Assembly (NCBI GenBank): GCA_038087875.1 | Contig: CM075977.1 | Coordinates: 149,296,001 to 149,360,000, forward strand | Source of the DNA: Malacoraja senta | Lineage: Eukaryota | DNA length: 64,000 bases | Direction of reading: 5' to 3' | Part shown: one piece after another, positions 37,835 through 50,540 of the stretch | How the letters are laid out: the number at the start of each line of letters is the position of its first letter | How positions within the stretch are numbered: position 1 is the stretch's first letter | Notes under the pieces: generated by a model | Told to the model about the DNA's origin: nothing | The model's input: only the letters and a program-made list of their open reading frames with translations | Database searches by the model: none | Position numbers and translations under genes: made by a program

Positions 37835-38635
37835 ATAAATGTGAGGTTATCCACTTTGGTGGCAAAAACGGGAAGGCAGACTATTATCTAAATGGTGGCC
37901 GATTAGGAAATGGGAGGTGCAGCGAGACCTGGGTGTCATGGTACACCAGTCATTGAAAGTAGGCATGCAGGTGCAGCAGGCAGTGAAGAAAGCGAATGGT
38001 ATGTTGGCCTTCATAGCAAGAGGATTTGAGTATAGGAGCAGGGAGGTTCTACTGCAGTTGTACAGGGTCTTGGTGAGACCACACCTGGAGAATTGCGTAC
38101 AGTTTGGTCTCCAAATCTGAGGAAGGACATTATAGCCATAGAGGGAGTGCAGAGAAGGTTCACCAGACTGATTCCTGGGATGTCATATGAAGAAAGACTG
38201 GATAGACTTGGCTTATACTCGCTAGAATTTAGGAGATTGAGAGGGGATCTTATAGAAACGTACAAAATTCTTGTGGGGTTGGACAGGCTAGATGCAGGAA
38301 GATTGTTCCCGATGTTGGGGAAGTCCAGGACAAGGGTCACAGCTTAAGGATAAGGGGGAAATCCTTTAAGACCGAGATGAGGAAAAACTTTTTCACACAG
38401 AGAGTGGTGAATCTCTGGAACTCTCTGCCACAGAGGGTAGTTGAGGCCAGTTCATTGGCTATATTTAAGAGGGAGTTAGATGTGGCCCTTGTGGCTAAAG
38501 GGATCAGGGGGTATGGAGAGAAGGCAGGTACAGGATACTGAGTTGGATGATCAGCCATGATCATATTGAATGGCGGTGCAGGCTCGAAGGGCCGAATGGC
38601 CTACTCCTGCACCTATTTTCTATGTATCTATGTAT
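37835..38635 (+). mobile_element. CR1 3' fragment with small indels
   Basis: Near-identical to 4880-5699; frameshifted ORFs starting at 37917 and 38093. Confidence 0.93.
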
Positions 38636-39176
38636 TCTGTCAGCACAACATCTTTTTAATATCTGCTAGAGCTCAGACCAGATAAAGAATTAGAGCTTTG
38701 TTGACAGGATGCAGATTAATTCATTGCCTACATATTAAAAACGTTAAACTATTAAAATAGTCTTTCCATATTAGTATCATATTCATGTGGAGGTAAGTAT
38801 ATTTTTGTTTTACCAAATGGCTGAAATAAGAATCATCATCTTGTCTACATAATTACATTTTGGCATTATCTAAAACGATCTCTATATACTCTTGGCAGAG
38901 ATATCAAATGAAAAATCTTCTCGTCTCATCTCTCAGTCTCCTTTCTATTTGATGTTTAATCCAAATCAGAGGGCTGCAGGCTATCTTGTTCAACACTTCA
39001 TGTGCAACACAAATTCGATGGAAAAGAATGTTGGCTGTGGTAATGAGATGTAACCTGCAATTTTAAAAGATTACTGCAAGTGCTTGGAACAAGCAATTAA
39101 AGTATACTGGTTGTTATTCTAGACAAAGTAATTGTGCAACTAAACTTCAACCCCCCCCCCCCCCCCCCCCCCCCCC

Positions 39177-40520
39177 ATATTTCAGGGCACCATAATGTTT
39201 GGGACACAGCAATGTCATGTAAATGAAAGTAGTGATTTTCTGCATATCCTTTGCATGCAGTGACTGCTTGCGATTCATAGACATCACCAGTTGCTGGGTG
39301 CCTTCTCTGGTGATGCTCTGCCAGGCCTGTATTGCAGCCATCTTTAGCTTGTGCTTGTTTTGGGGGCTAGTCCCCTTCAGTTTTCTCTTCAGCATATGAA
39401 AGGCAACGCTCAATTGGGTTCAGATCGGGTGATTGACCTGGCCAATGAGTTTTGAGGCATTTGTTTGAACTTGAGCAGATAGGATGTGTCTGTACACTTC
39501 AGAATTCATTAAGCTACTACCATCAGCAGTTGTATCATCCAATGAAGATAAGTGAGCCAGTACCTGCAGCAACCATAGATGCCCAGGCCATGACACCCCC
39601 ACCACCGTGTTTCAAGATGAGGTGGTATGCTTTGAATCTTGGGCAGTTCCTTCTCTCCTTCATACTTTGCTCTTGCCATCACTCTGATACAAGTTAATCT
39701 TTGTCTCATCCGTCCACAGACCTTTTTCCAGAACTGTGATTGTTCTTTTATGTCATTCTTGGCAAACTGTTAGCTGGCCATCCTAGTTATGCAGCTAACC
39801 AGTGGTTTGCATCTTGCAGTGTAGCCTCTGTATTTCTGTTCATGAAGTCTTCTGCAGACAGTGGTCATTGACAAATCCACACCTGACTCCTTAAGAGTGT
39901 TTCTGATCTGTCGGACAGGTGTTTGGGGATTTTTCTCTATTATAGAGAGAATTCTTCTGTCATCAGCTGTGGAGATCTTCCTGGCCTGCCAGTCCCTTTG
40001 CGATTAGTAAGCTCAACAGTGCTCTCTTTCTTCTTAATGATGTTCCAAACAGTTGATTTTGGTAAGCCTGAGGTTTGGCTGATGTCTCTAACAGTTTTAT
40101 TCGTGTTTCTCAGTCTCAAAATGGCTTCTTTGACTGTCATTGGCAGAACTTTGGTCCTCATGTTGATAAACAGCAATAAAAGTTTGCAACGGTGATGGAA
40201 AGACTGGAGGAAAGACTAGGTGCTGAGAGCTCTTTTATACCCGCATTAAGGAGGCAATTAAACACACCTGAGCAATTACAAACGCCTGTGAAGCCATTTG
40301 TCCAAAACATTATGGTGCCCTGAAATGGGGGAATATGTATAAACACAGCTGTAATTTCTACATGGTGAAACCAAAATGTATAAAAATATCCTTTAATAAA
40401 ACCTGACAATTTGCACCTTAACCACGTGATTTTTTAAATTACAAATCTCAAATTGTGGAGTACAGAGGCAAATAAATAAATGATAGGTCTTTGTCCCACC
40501 AAACATTCGGGAGGGCACTG
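39177..40520 (-). mobile_element. Tc1-like transposon of the same family; outer 3' TIR lost at a poly-C run
   Basis: MTVKEAILRLRNTNKTVRDISQ ORF; intact TIR ending cactg|TA at 40520. Confidence 0.92.
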
Positions 40521-41429
40521 TAAGCCAATTTTGGCAAAACTGGACCTAATTGTATGGAACATCTGCTAAATTTAGAGAGATTCAGGTTTAGCTCAGCTTG
40601 GTTTCAATGATGCTATGTGGTGTCTCGACTGATCGATGTCAACTGGTGGTGCTCATGTTGGTTGGACACTTGATCAGCGAGCATTAGGGACTTGATCCAG
40701 GATGGGAGAGTTATTTGCCAGCATTAGTTTTGGGTATGACTTAGTGTCAGTGGCTGGCTGTGATATTTGGCAAGTAAGTGGCCAGGGAACGCCATCTGGG
40801 AAACCTCTTACCCGATCCCAGGCATCATTTCAGGTCAGCCTCAATACCAGAGCCAAGTAATGACCTTCCATTGAAGGCAGACACAGGTCTTCACTCAGAA
40901 TGGAATACCTTTCTTAGGTGTGAATCTGATCTGACTCAATGCCTGGATGTAATTTCTTGCAAAACCTTCAGGGTCAGGTCAAGCAATGAAAAAGTACATG
41001 ACTGCAGATCAGATTTTGAATGGACATGGTCAGGTTAAGTTTTAGATTTTATATGCATGGCGACCTCCAAGAAGAACATCCCTATCTTCCTTAAATAGTG
41101 GCCTAGGATATTTTGTATTCAATGAAGATGGGAGCCCTTCATCCACAACCTTCTAACTCAGAGACAGAACACTATCAACAGATTATGAGAGTGAGGAGAG
41201 AAAGTATCTCCGAGAAGAGGCAACTAGGGATTTACATAATCTGGAAGAAATTATCATCAACAAAAATAATAAAAGGAAACTAATCTAAAATACATGCAGT
41301 TTAACAAACTAAACACAGAACTGGAAGCTCCAGGAAGTGCAGAGGCTGGTTTACAAAAGAAGGCAGTGCTGGGGACTCAGTGAGCCAGGCAACATCTCTG
41401 GAGAATATGGATGGGTGATATTTTGACAT

Positions 41430-42670
41430 GATAGACACAAGGTGTTAAACTCAGCAGGTCAGGCAGCATCTCTGAAGAAAAAGGATGGGTGAAGTTTCAG
41501 TTTGGAGCCCGTCTTTATGCTGAAAGTTGGGGGGGGGGGGGGGGGGGGGGGGGGAGGGGGAGGAGGAAAAGGCCAGAACAAATTAGAGCCGGTCAAGGAA
41601 AGGTGGATCCGTAATGGCCCATAAGGGAAATTAACCTTCATACCGCTGGGTTGTAAGCTGCACAAGTGAAATATGAGTTGCTGATCCTCCAATTTGCATG
41701 TGACCTCACTCTGACAGTGGAGGAGGTCGAGGACAGAAAGGTCAGTATGGGAATGGGAAGGGGAGATAAAATGTTTGGCAACCGGGAGATTGCGTAGGCC
41801 AAGGACGACTGAGCATAGGTGTTCAGCGAAATGATCGCCCAGTCTGCGCTTGGTCCCATCGATATATAGGAGCTCACATCAGTGGAATTGGAGGAACCCC
41901 ATATTTTGCTTGGGCAGCTTATATCCCAGCGGTATGAAAATTGCTTTCTCTCATTTCAAATAACTTCTGCATTCTCTCTCTGCCCACTCCCTCGTCATCC
42001 TACTGTTCATATCCCTGTATCCTTTCGTTATCACCTCTTCCCCAGCTAATGGGCTATTATGGCTCCACCCTTCCTCAGTCATCTATTGCTGGCTCCGATT
42101 TGTTCTGGCTTTTTCCTTCCTCCAGTTTCTCCCCACCTCTACTTTCAGTCTGAAGAAGGGTTCTGACCCGAAACGTCACTCATCCTTTTTCTCCAGAGAT
42201 GCTTCATGACCCGTTGAGTTACTCTAGCACTATGCGTTTATCTTCGGTTAAAGACCAGCATGTGCAGTTCCTTACTACACATTTTTGGTCATGACCCTTC
42301 TTCAGACTGATTGTGGTTGGGGAGGGGGCTAGTGGAGAAAACTGGGAGAGGTGGGGGCAGGACAAAGCCTGGCAAGTGATAGATGGGGTTTGACAGGTGG
42401 ATGGGGTGGACACAGGGATGGGGTTTGACAGGTGGATGGTTGGACACAGAAGAAAAGTGGGGTAAAAGAGTGAATCAAGGACAGAAATGATGATAATTGA
42501 GAGAGGCCAGGCGAGGAGGAGGAAAGAGAGGCAGTTGCTAGCAGGTTAATTACCTGAACATGGAGAATTCAATGTTCATACCCTTCGTTAGTAAGCTTGC
42601 ATGTGGCCTCACTCTGGCAATGAAGGAGTCCAGGACATAAAGTTCTGTATGGGAATGGTTAGCAACAGGG
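41430..42670. mobile_element. Cluster of Penelope 3' ends in alternating orientation (-, +, -)
   Basis: EDQQLIFHLCSLQPSGM on minus (41590-41880); same motif on plus from 41885, followed by the terminal repeat; minus again from 42285. Confidence 0.8.
42147..42180 (+). ncRNA. Minimal type-I hammerhead ribozyme motif
   Basis: agt-CTGAAGA-A-GGGT(tctg)ACCC-GAAAC-GTC-act: all catalytic core nucleotides, stem II, 3-bp stem I, palindromic ACGT stem III. Confidence 0.7.
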
Positions 42671-43897
42671 AGATCTTTCTAATACCAATGGACCCCAATA
42701 GTTTAAAAAATATTCGCTAATTTGGGGGAGAGAAAGGAGAAAATTACAATGTACTTATATATATGTGAACAACAGGGAAAATGAAAAGAAACCAATGTCT
42801 CTGTAGAAATCTAATCAAAGATAATCACATTTTTCTCCTGTCAAAAGGTATGCTTTTTTTAATTAAAAAGTTATGGAGTTAGTTGAGGCACCAACAGGCT
42901 ATTGTCAATGCCCTCAGGTGAGAACCAAATTCTATCTTGGGATCTGGAGGAACAACACACATTTTTGAGTAAAGGCAGTACATTCCAGCCTAAAGGAGGA
43001 GGATATCTCATGGGGCACAGAACTAAACAAGCGACTCTCTCAGGAAGACAATGGACGGTAATAGAGTCCTCCTGTTTCCACATGAAAAAGTCAATTTTGA
43101 GAAATACAATTTTTCCTCAATTCTGTTCCAACTACATCCATCAACTGTTAACTTCAGAAGAGCACATCCTATCAGCAAGCCATCTTTTAACGTTCTGGAC
43201 ATACATTCAAATGCTACTGAAGTTAAAGTGTAGTGCTGTGGACATAGTGGATGAGCATTTAAATTTCATTAAATTAATATCCGAGGCACTAGAAATTTCT
43301 TCAGGAGCCGTCCTGATTGGCGATCTTAATTCTTCAAAAAATGGTTAGAACCCACGAGAAAAAGCTTCCTTTCATGTACTTCCAACTAATTAGGAAAACT
43401 TGCTCAGGGTTATACTTGCAACTTTGGAAATTTCCGGCATTCCTTCCAAATACCTTTGGCAATTTCAGATAATTATTCTACATTTGCCTCCAGACCTTTG
43501 CTGCACTATCACTGGCTTACTTTAGGCAATTTAATCTCTTGCATTCGATCTCATTACTCACCTTCCTTATGTTCTCACTTCCCCAACTTCTCTCCAAATT
43601 AAAAGCTATTTGTCTACAACTACTAATTCCGATTAAAGGTTATAGATCTGGAACATCAAATTTTATTTTTCCCCTCCACACCCGTTACTAAAACTTAAGT
43701 ATTTCCATTTATTTTTTCGTTCAAACAAAATAAAGGATGATGCTAACACGAGGTGTTTAAAAAAAAAAAAATCCCCATTCTCCAGCAGTGACTGCTTAAC
43801 ATGCTAACAGGGCAAAGCGTGACTAAAATCGAATGAAAATGGAGAAGGCAATCCAAGCTCAATCTGCAGTGATTCATAAAATAACCAGCCTCTATTG

Positions 43898-44373
43898 CAG
43901 TATTTCTCAACCGGGGTTCCCCGGAACGCTGGGGTTCCGCGAGAGGTCGCTAGGATTCAGAGAGAAAGTGATAAATAAGCTAATCATATGTAAATGCCTT
44001 TGAGTCATTTTTGTGTTTAATTTCATATTCGTAATTTTATTATACACATACGGCATAGTTAGCGAAGTCTATTTAGCGACGTCTTTACGGCGCCAGTGTG
44101 AAACGGCCTTTAGTGATCAGTGGACAAGAGCTGTACGTGACGGATTCATGTATCATCAAGTGACTCACTCCAGTACAGACGCATTCAGTCTCCATCAGTC
44201 CTGTCTGTGCTTCCTGACGTGCAGGTACCGTCCCTTATTCACCCATGTTATTTAGTAATTTTTACCCATCATTTAGGGATGTTAGGGAAATTAAAAAAAT
44301 TAAGTATGTTTAGATTTATTATTGTTATGTTTATTTCTGTGTTTTTGTTAGTTTATCAAAAGTTTGTGTGTTG

Positions 44374-44404
<31 letters not shown>

Positions 44405-44687
44405 CTCCAAGGTTAGTTCTTCAGTTCGCCTTTATTTGTTTCAGTTTTGAACAAGCAGTTTGATTTCAGTTATTTGTTTTATATTGTCAATAAACGTGAG
44501 AAAAACGCAGGTTATTTTTTGCTTAAACCAGTTCGCAGAAAAATATATTATGTTTGCCTTATGGTCTTTAAGTTTATGAAAGAGAAAGAAATTAATAAAG
44601 ATATATAATAATTTTTTTGCAGGGGTTCCCTGAGACATGAAAATTATTTCAAGGGTTACGCAAGGGTAAAAAGGTTGAGAAACGCTG
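43898..44687. mobile_element. Non-autonomous hAT (Charlie-like) element
   Basis: TIRs CAGTATTTCTCAACC / GGTTGAGAAACGCTG; 8-bp TSD ctctattg / ctctaatg; subterminal ggggttcc repeats. Confidence 0.88.
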
Positions 44688-45304
44688 CTCTAATGAGTTG
44701 TTAAAACCAGGGTAATTAAGGTGCTAAAGAAATTCAGTGCATCAGTGGTCTTGGAAAAGATAATGCCTAGAAAATGGATTTCTCTTAAATTTTATGCATG
44801 AAATGGGAGCTACGTACAATGGTAACATCCAACCAAACAAAATGCAATTTGTGCTTTAAGAAAAGATGATTTACCCGTTATAAGATGTCTTGAAACTTAA
44901 CCTACATACTTTCACAGTCACTGCTGCGTGTTGCTGCTACCTGCATTGAAGTGAAGCAATGCTGTTAAAGTGATCAGCCCACAATGTCACACTGCTGCGG
45001 AAATGAGGTCAAACAAGGTTGGGGCAGTGAGATTAAATGACGTGGAAGGAGGGTTAGTTAAGGCCCATGGGTCTGATACCCAAGCCGAGCACAGAGCAGC
45101 TGATTGTGCCCCTTGGCCAGAGGTAGACCAGACCCTCTTGGCCGGCAATAGCATCAGATCACAGGTCGGGTCATATGTGAATTACAGTTAACATTTCACA
45201 GGAACCTCAAATCTGTAACGATGCCCGAAAATTACAGAGGATGATTGCCTATGTACAATTTATACCCCGTTGGACTTGAATCGTACTTAGTGCATTCCTC
45301 AATA

Positions 45305-45615
45305 ACCAGAGAACAGTACAGCACAGGATCACAATGTTTGTGCTGAACACGATGCCAAGTTAAATTGACCTCATCTGTATTTACATGATCCATATCCCTC
45401 TATTCCCTACACTTCCATATGCCTAGCTTAAATGCCACCATAGTATTTTGTCCCACTCATCTACATTAAACTTTGCCCCTCTCACCTTACAGCTGTGCGC
45501 TCTCACGTTGGACATTTCCACCCTGGGAAAATGGTTCTAATTGTCTACCCAATCTATGCCTCTCATTATTTTACATACTTCTATCAGGTCTCTCCTCAAC
45601 CTCCAACATTCCAAA
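45305..45615 (-). mobile_element. Older CR1 3' fragment, interrupted by Tc1
   Basis: aacagtacagcacagg tail; ctatcaggtctctcctcaacctcc (antisense RRLRGDLIE). Confidence 0.65.
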
Positions 45616-45619
45616 GAGG

Positions 45620-47233
45620 CTCCATAATGTTTGGGACAAAGAGCGATCATTTATTTATTTTCCTCTGTACTCCACAATTTGAGATTTGTAATAGAAAACA
45701 AAAATCACATGTGGTTAAAGTGCACTTTGTGAGATTTTAATAAAGGCCATTTTTATACATTTTGGTTTCACCATGTTGAAATTACAGCTGTGTTTATACA
45801 TAGTCCTCCCATTTCAGGGCACCATAATGTTTGGGACACATGGCTTCACAGGTGTTTGTAATTGCTCAGGTGTGTTTAAATGCCTCCTCAATGCAGGTAT
45901 AAGAGAGCTCTCAGCACCTAGTCCTTTCCATCACCTTGGAAACTTTTATTGCTGTTTATCAACACGAGACCAACGTTGTGCCAATGAGAGTCAAAGAAGC
46001 CATTATGAGACTTAGAAACAAGAATAAAACTGTTAGAGACATCAGCCAAACCTTAGGCTTACAACTGTTTACAACAAAAATCAACTGTTTGGAACATCAT
46101 TAAGAAGAAAGAGAGCGCTGGTGAGCTTACTAATCGCAAAGGGACTGGCATGCCAAGGAAGACCTGCACAGCTGATGACAGAAGAATTCTCTCTGTAATA
46201 AAGAAAAATCCCCAAACACCTGTCCAACAGATCAGAACACTCTTCCGGTGTGGGTTTGTCAATGACCACTGTCCCGCAGAAGACTCATGAAACATAAATA
46301 CAGAGACTACACTGCAAGATGCCACCCACTGATTAGCCGCAAAAAATAGGATGGCCAGGTTACAGTTGGGCCAAGAAGCTACTTAAAAGAGCAACCACAG
46401 TTCTGGAAAAAGTCTTGTGGACAGATGAGACGAAGATTAACTTATATCACAGTGATGGCAAGAGCAAAGGTATGGAGGAGAGAAGGAACTGCCCAAGATC
46501 CAAAGCATACCACCTCACCTGTGAAACACGGTGTGTGGGGGTGTTAATGGCCTGGGCATGTATGGCTGCTGAAGGTACTGGCTCATTGATGATACAACTG
46601 CTGATGGTAGTAGCATAATGAATTCTGAAGTGTATAGACACATCCTATCTGCTCAAGTTCAAACAAATGCCTCAAAACTCATTGGCTGGCGGTTCATTCT
46701 ACAGCAAGACAATGATCCAAACATACTGCCAAAGCAACAAAGGAGTTTTTCAAAGTTAAAAAATTGTAAATTCTTGAGTGGCCAAGTCTCTGAACCCAAT
46801 TGAGTATGCCTTTTATATGCTGAAGAGAAACTGAAGGGGACTAGCCCCCAAAACAAGCATAAGCTTAAGATGGCTGCAATACAGGCCTGGCAGAGCATCA
46901 CCAGAGAAGACACCCAGCAACTGGTGATGTCCATGAATCGTAGACTTCAAGCGGTCATTGCATGTAAAGGATATGCAACAAAATACTAAATGTGACTACT
47001 TTCATTTATATGACATTGCTGTGGTCCCAAACATTATGGTGCCCTGATTATGTATAAACACAGCTGTAATTTCTACATGGTGTAAAACCAAATGTATAAA
47101 AATGGCCTTTATTAAAATCTGACAATGTACACTTTAACCACATGTGATTTTTTTTTCTATTACAAATCTCAAATTGTGGAGTACAGAGGCAAATAAATAA
47201 ATGGGTCTGTCCCAAACATTATGGAGGGCACTG
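45620..47233 (+). mobile_element. Tc1-like transposon of the same family, near full length, frameshifted
   Basis: WTDETKINL and FILQQDND motifs; both IR/DR ends. Confidence 0.92.
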
Positions 47234-48489
47234 CATATCACGATCGAATTTCTGTTCATAATTTATCACATCATATATGCAAAATCCAACAGAAATGTTG
47301 TTTGTATTAGGGTGAATCACAACAGAAAGTGCTTGGTCCAGTTACACAATGGGTGGTATCTTGACAGGAAAAGGGCATGCATACTTCAAAAGAGAAGCAA
47401 AGTATCCACATCATATACTTTTTATGTTTAAATAAAAAGGGAATAAATGATTTCCCTACTCCAATTTCTAGGCTCCGGCTTAACCCTAAATTCACCTTTG
47501 TTCTCAGGCATGAGATATGAAGGAGATAGGCAGCAGTTTAAATTGTTGAATACAGAGCCGCATCACAGGCGTTTCCAGCTTCTGGTCTGGTCCATATCTT
47601 TTGGTTCACAAAACAAGTCTTACTGCAAACTGCATTTTAAACTTCCTCCTCTGTATTCAACGTCAACAAATCTCCATACATTCTTTTCTCCAACATACGC
47701 TGCCACTCAGTTAAATCTCAGAATTATAAAAATCATGAGAAAATATGTCCTTTTTGAATTTTCCTTGCATTCTCAGATTCATGTTTCACCATAAAGCATA
47801 CATCTTTAATGCATTTTGACCCTGAACATCCATAGGAACACACAGGTTTACTATTGGACCTGATTTAAGTGCGAAAACGGGTTTCAAGTAAACTGGGATT
47901 TTATTACAAGGTTAAACATGTAGCACTTACATTCAAATCCAAGTAAGCTTATGATACAATGTCACACTATCAACCATGGGTCTTCAATTATGCAGCCTTT
48001 TACCGTCAAACTACAGCGATTTATAATCGTAATAGCTAGGGGCAGGAACAGAGCCATTTAGGTTGTCAATGAAATGGGTTTTGAGTAGAACACTAGTATT
48101 TGCCGAGGATTGAACGAAGATGTGGTTGTAAGTGGCTGCACTAAATGTGACCTGCTTTGTGAACAAGACACAATGGGAAGATCCCGGTGTTATAGTGTGC
48201 TGGGAAAAACTTAGCCTGTCTAGTCCTGGAGTTTTCTGCCCTTAGAATAGAATTTTGTCAAGCTTTGTAAACTACCTGTCTTCAGCTGTTTATCTGGTGG
48301 TGAGTAACTCAGGAAGAGACAAAGGAGGATCATCGACTTTTCACCTTTGGTTGAGATGGTTGCAAACACTTCAGCTCTGCCAGTCACTGCAAAGTATTGT
48401 ACATGCCTTGTTCCTACCATTTTCTTGCAAGTTTCATAATTGTAACGTGCTATTTGTGGCTGGATGTGACAGGATAATACAGTCTTTTA

Positions 48490-48785
48490 CCTAGGGTAGG
48501 GAAATAAAACAAAACCGATGACATAGCTTTGAGGTGAGGGGAAAGATTGAATAGGAACCGGAGAGGCAACCTTTTCACTCAAGAGGGTGGTGGTATACAG
48601 ATAAGCTGCCAGAGGAGGTAGCTGATGCAGGTGCAATAACAACATTTGAAATACACATGGAAGAGTACATAGATAGGAAATAGGAGTGATATGGGCCACA
48701 TTGGGCTAGTTTAGACGGGACGTCTTGGTCGGCATGGAAGGATGGGCAAAGTGTCCATTCCCGTGCTGAATGACTTTATGATTAC
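48490..48785 (+). mobile_element. Older CR1 3' end
   Basis: ttttcactcaagagggtggtgg...gccagaggaggtag...ggtcggcatgga. Confidence 0.7.
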
Positions 48786-50540
48786 AGACTTCCCATGATG
48801 ATCATTCTGTCATGGGATTACTGAATTTACCCGTAGCATGTGGTTCCCATGCTTTCCCACATGCAGATAGTCCTACACCATAATTTCACTTGTTTGGATC
48901 CTCATTTTTAGGTTGTCTGGTGCTTTTCTACTACGTTTCCTCCTATTCGTCATTGAATCACATCAGTCTAAAAGTTAGAGTTAGTGAAATTGTGATATAG
49001 CAATACAGTCCAAAGCTCCTCCATTTCGGACTTATAGCTGTTCTTGATTTATCCCTCTAATCATGCAGTCTGCTTCGATGAGGGGATATCCACAAGAAAT
49101 GTGCTGGTGGCTCACCATTGCTTTCATGGGACAGTAAACCTTTTTTAAGGCACATTAGTGAAGATTTGGTTGAGTAAATTATCCTAAGTATTGGTCCAGG
49201 CACCAGCTGCTGAAAGCTTTGCCATTCAGATCCTTCAGAACACCATCCAGTTCAGTCATAATGGATAATGATATTCCCTATTCAAATTGATTCCATCTCC
49301 CTGATCCAATGAAATTCTAACAGAATAGTTAGATGCCTGATGAAGACAGACGAACCACAAAAAGTGAGAATACTTTCTGAAGTGATGTACATGCAAAGTG
49401 TTTTCCCCTCCTTATTTCATCAAAAGTCCAGAAAACGATAGAGAAGCAAAACCAATTACACTGTTGGATAATTGCTTTGAGGTACCAAGTCTTTATTTTT
49501 CCACATAATGGTCAGTCCAGCAGCATATTAATAAAACATCCCAGATTAACTCTGTCATATAATTTACATACATTTCATTAATTTCAGCATGGGATTGATG
49601 ACAATAAATATATACACAACTCAAAAGAGTAAATATTTCAACAGATTTCTCGCAATTGTTCTTAACAGTTAAACAGTACTAAGGAAATTGTGATGATCAT
49701 ATAAATCAGTCCTCAAGGTCTCCTTCTTCTAATGACACACTCAATACATTCTCAGTTCTTGACATCTCAGATTACAAATTGCAGAAATTGCAGAGCAGCA
49801 GCAAATTAGTTACCTGCCTAATCGAAGATTTATACTCAAATTGTGTGCAGTACTGAAATACCAGCATGCACATGTAATCTAACATTGGTATCCTCGACTT
49901 GTAACAATTTAAAACCAGTCACATTGCACCTTGACCCAAGCTTAGCACAGAAATCTTGTCGACCGCTTTCCCTGAAAGGAAATTAATTTTTGACTCCACA
50001 TATGTTCCCTCTCACGCACCTTCATCAATCCAATTTTATAATAGGCATTCATAAGACTGGATTCATGGAAAATTCAAGTTTATGTAAAAAAGTGCATTAC
50101 TGAGATACTCAGCACCATCTCTCGAAGTAGCTGCATTAATATATCAACCAATAGTAGTCAATTCAAGAAAAAAAATATTTTTAATATACAAAGTGCTTTA
50201 TTAGCAAATTACATAACAATATATAAAGTGGAAGATCCGCATATTTCACCTTTACTGCTTTGCCAACACATCACATTTATCCTCAAGCACCATTTCATAT
50301 TGATTTTAGTTTAATCAACGTGCTCTAAAAAGCCAAATAATTTATCACAGTTCCACATCATGGCAATTGAAAATCATGCTTCATAGCAAATAGCATGTTA
50401 ATTCAGAGATTATAAATTATTCACCAAAATGATTATATTTTAGAAAACTCGGGTATCACATTTCATTTCAATAATTATTTTCATTTAAATATTTGGCAAT
50501 AAAAGAAAAAAAAATTAAAGTTCGTTAAATGTTCCAAGAA

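Noticed and set aside
42902-43348. 148-aa ORF in non-obvious sequence
   Set aside because: Non-ATG start, no recognisable domain or good splice sites; may be a decayed L1 ORF1-like remnant, but I cannot support this
49814-49852. Candidate minus-strand 39-nt exon 2
   Set aside because: In-frame TGA when joined in phase 1 to exon 1
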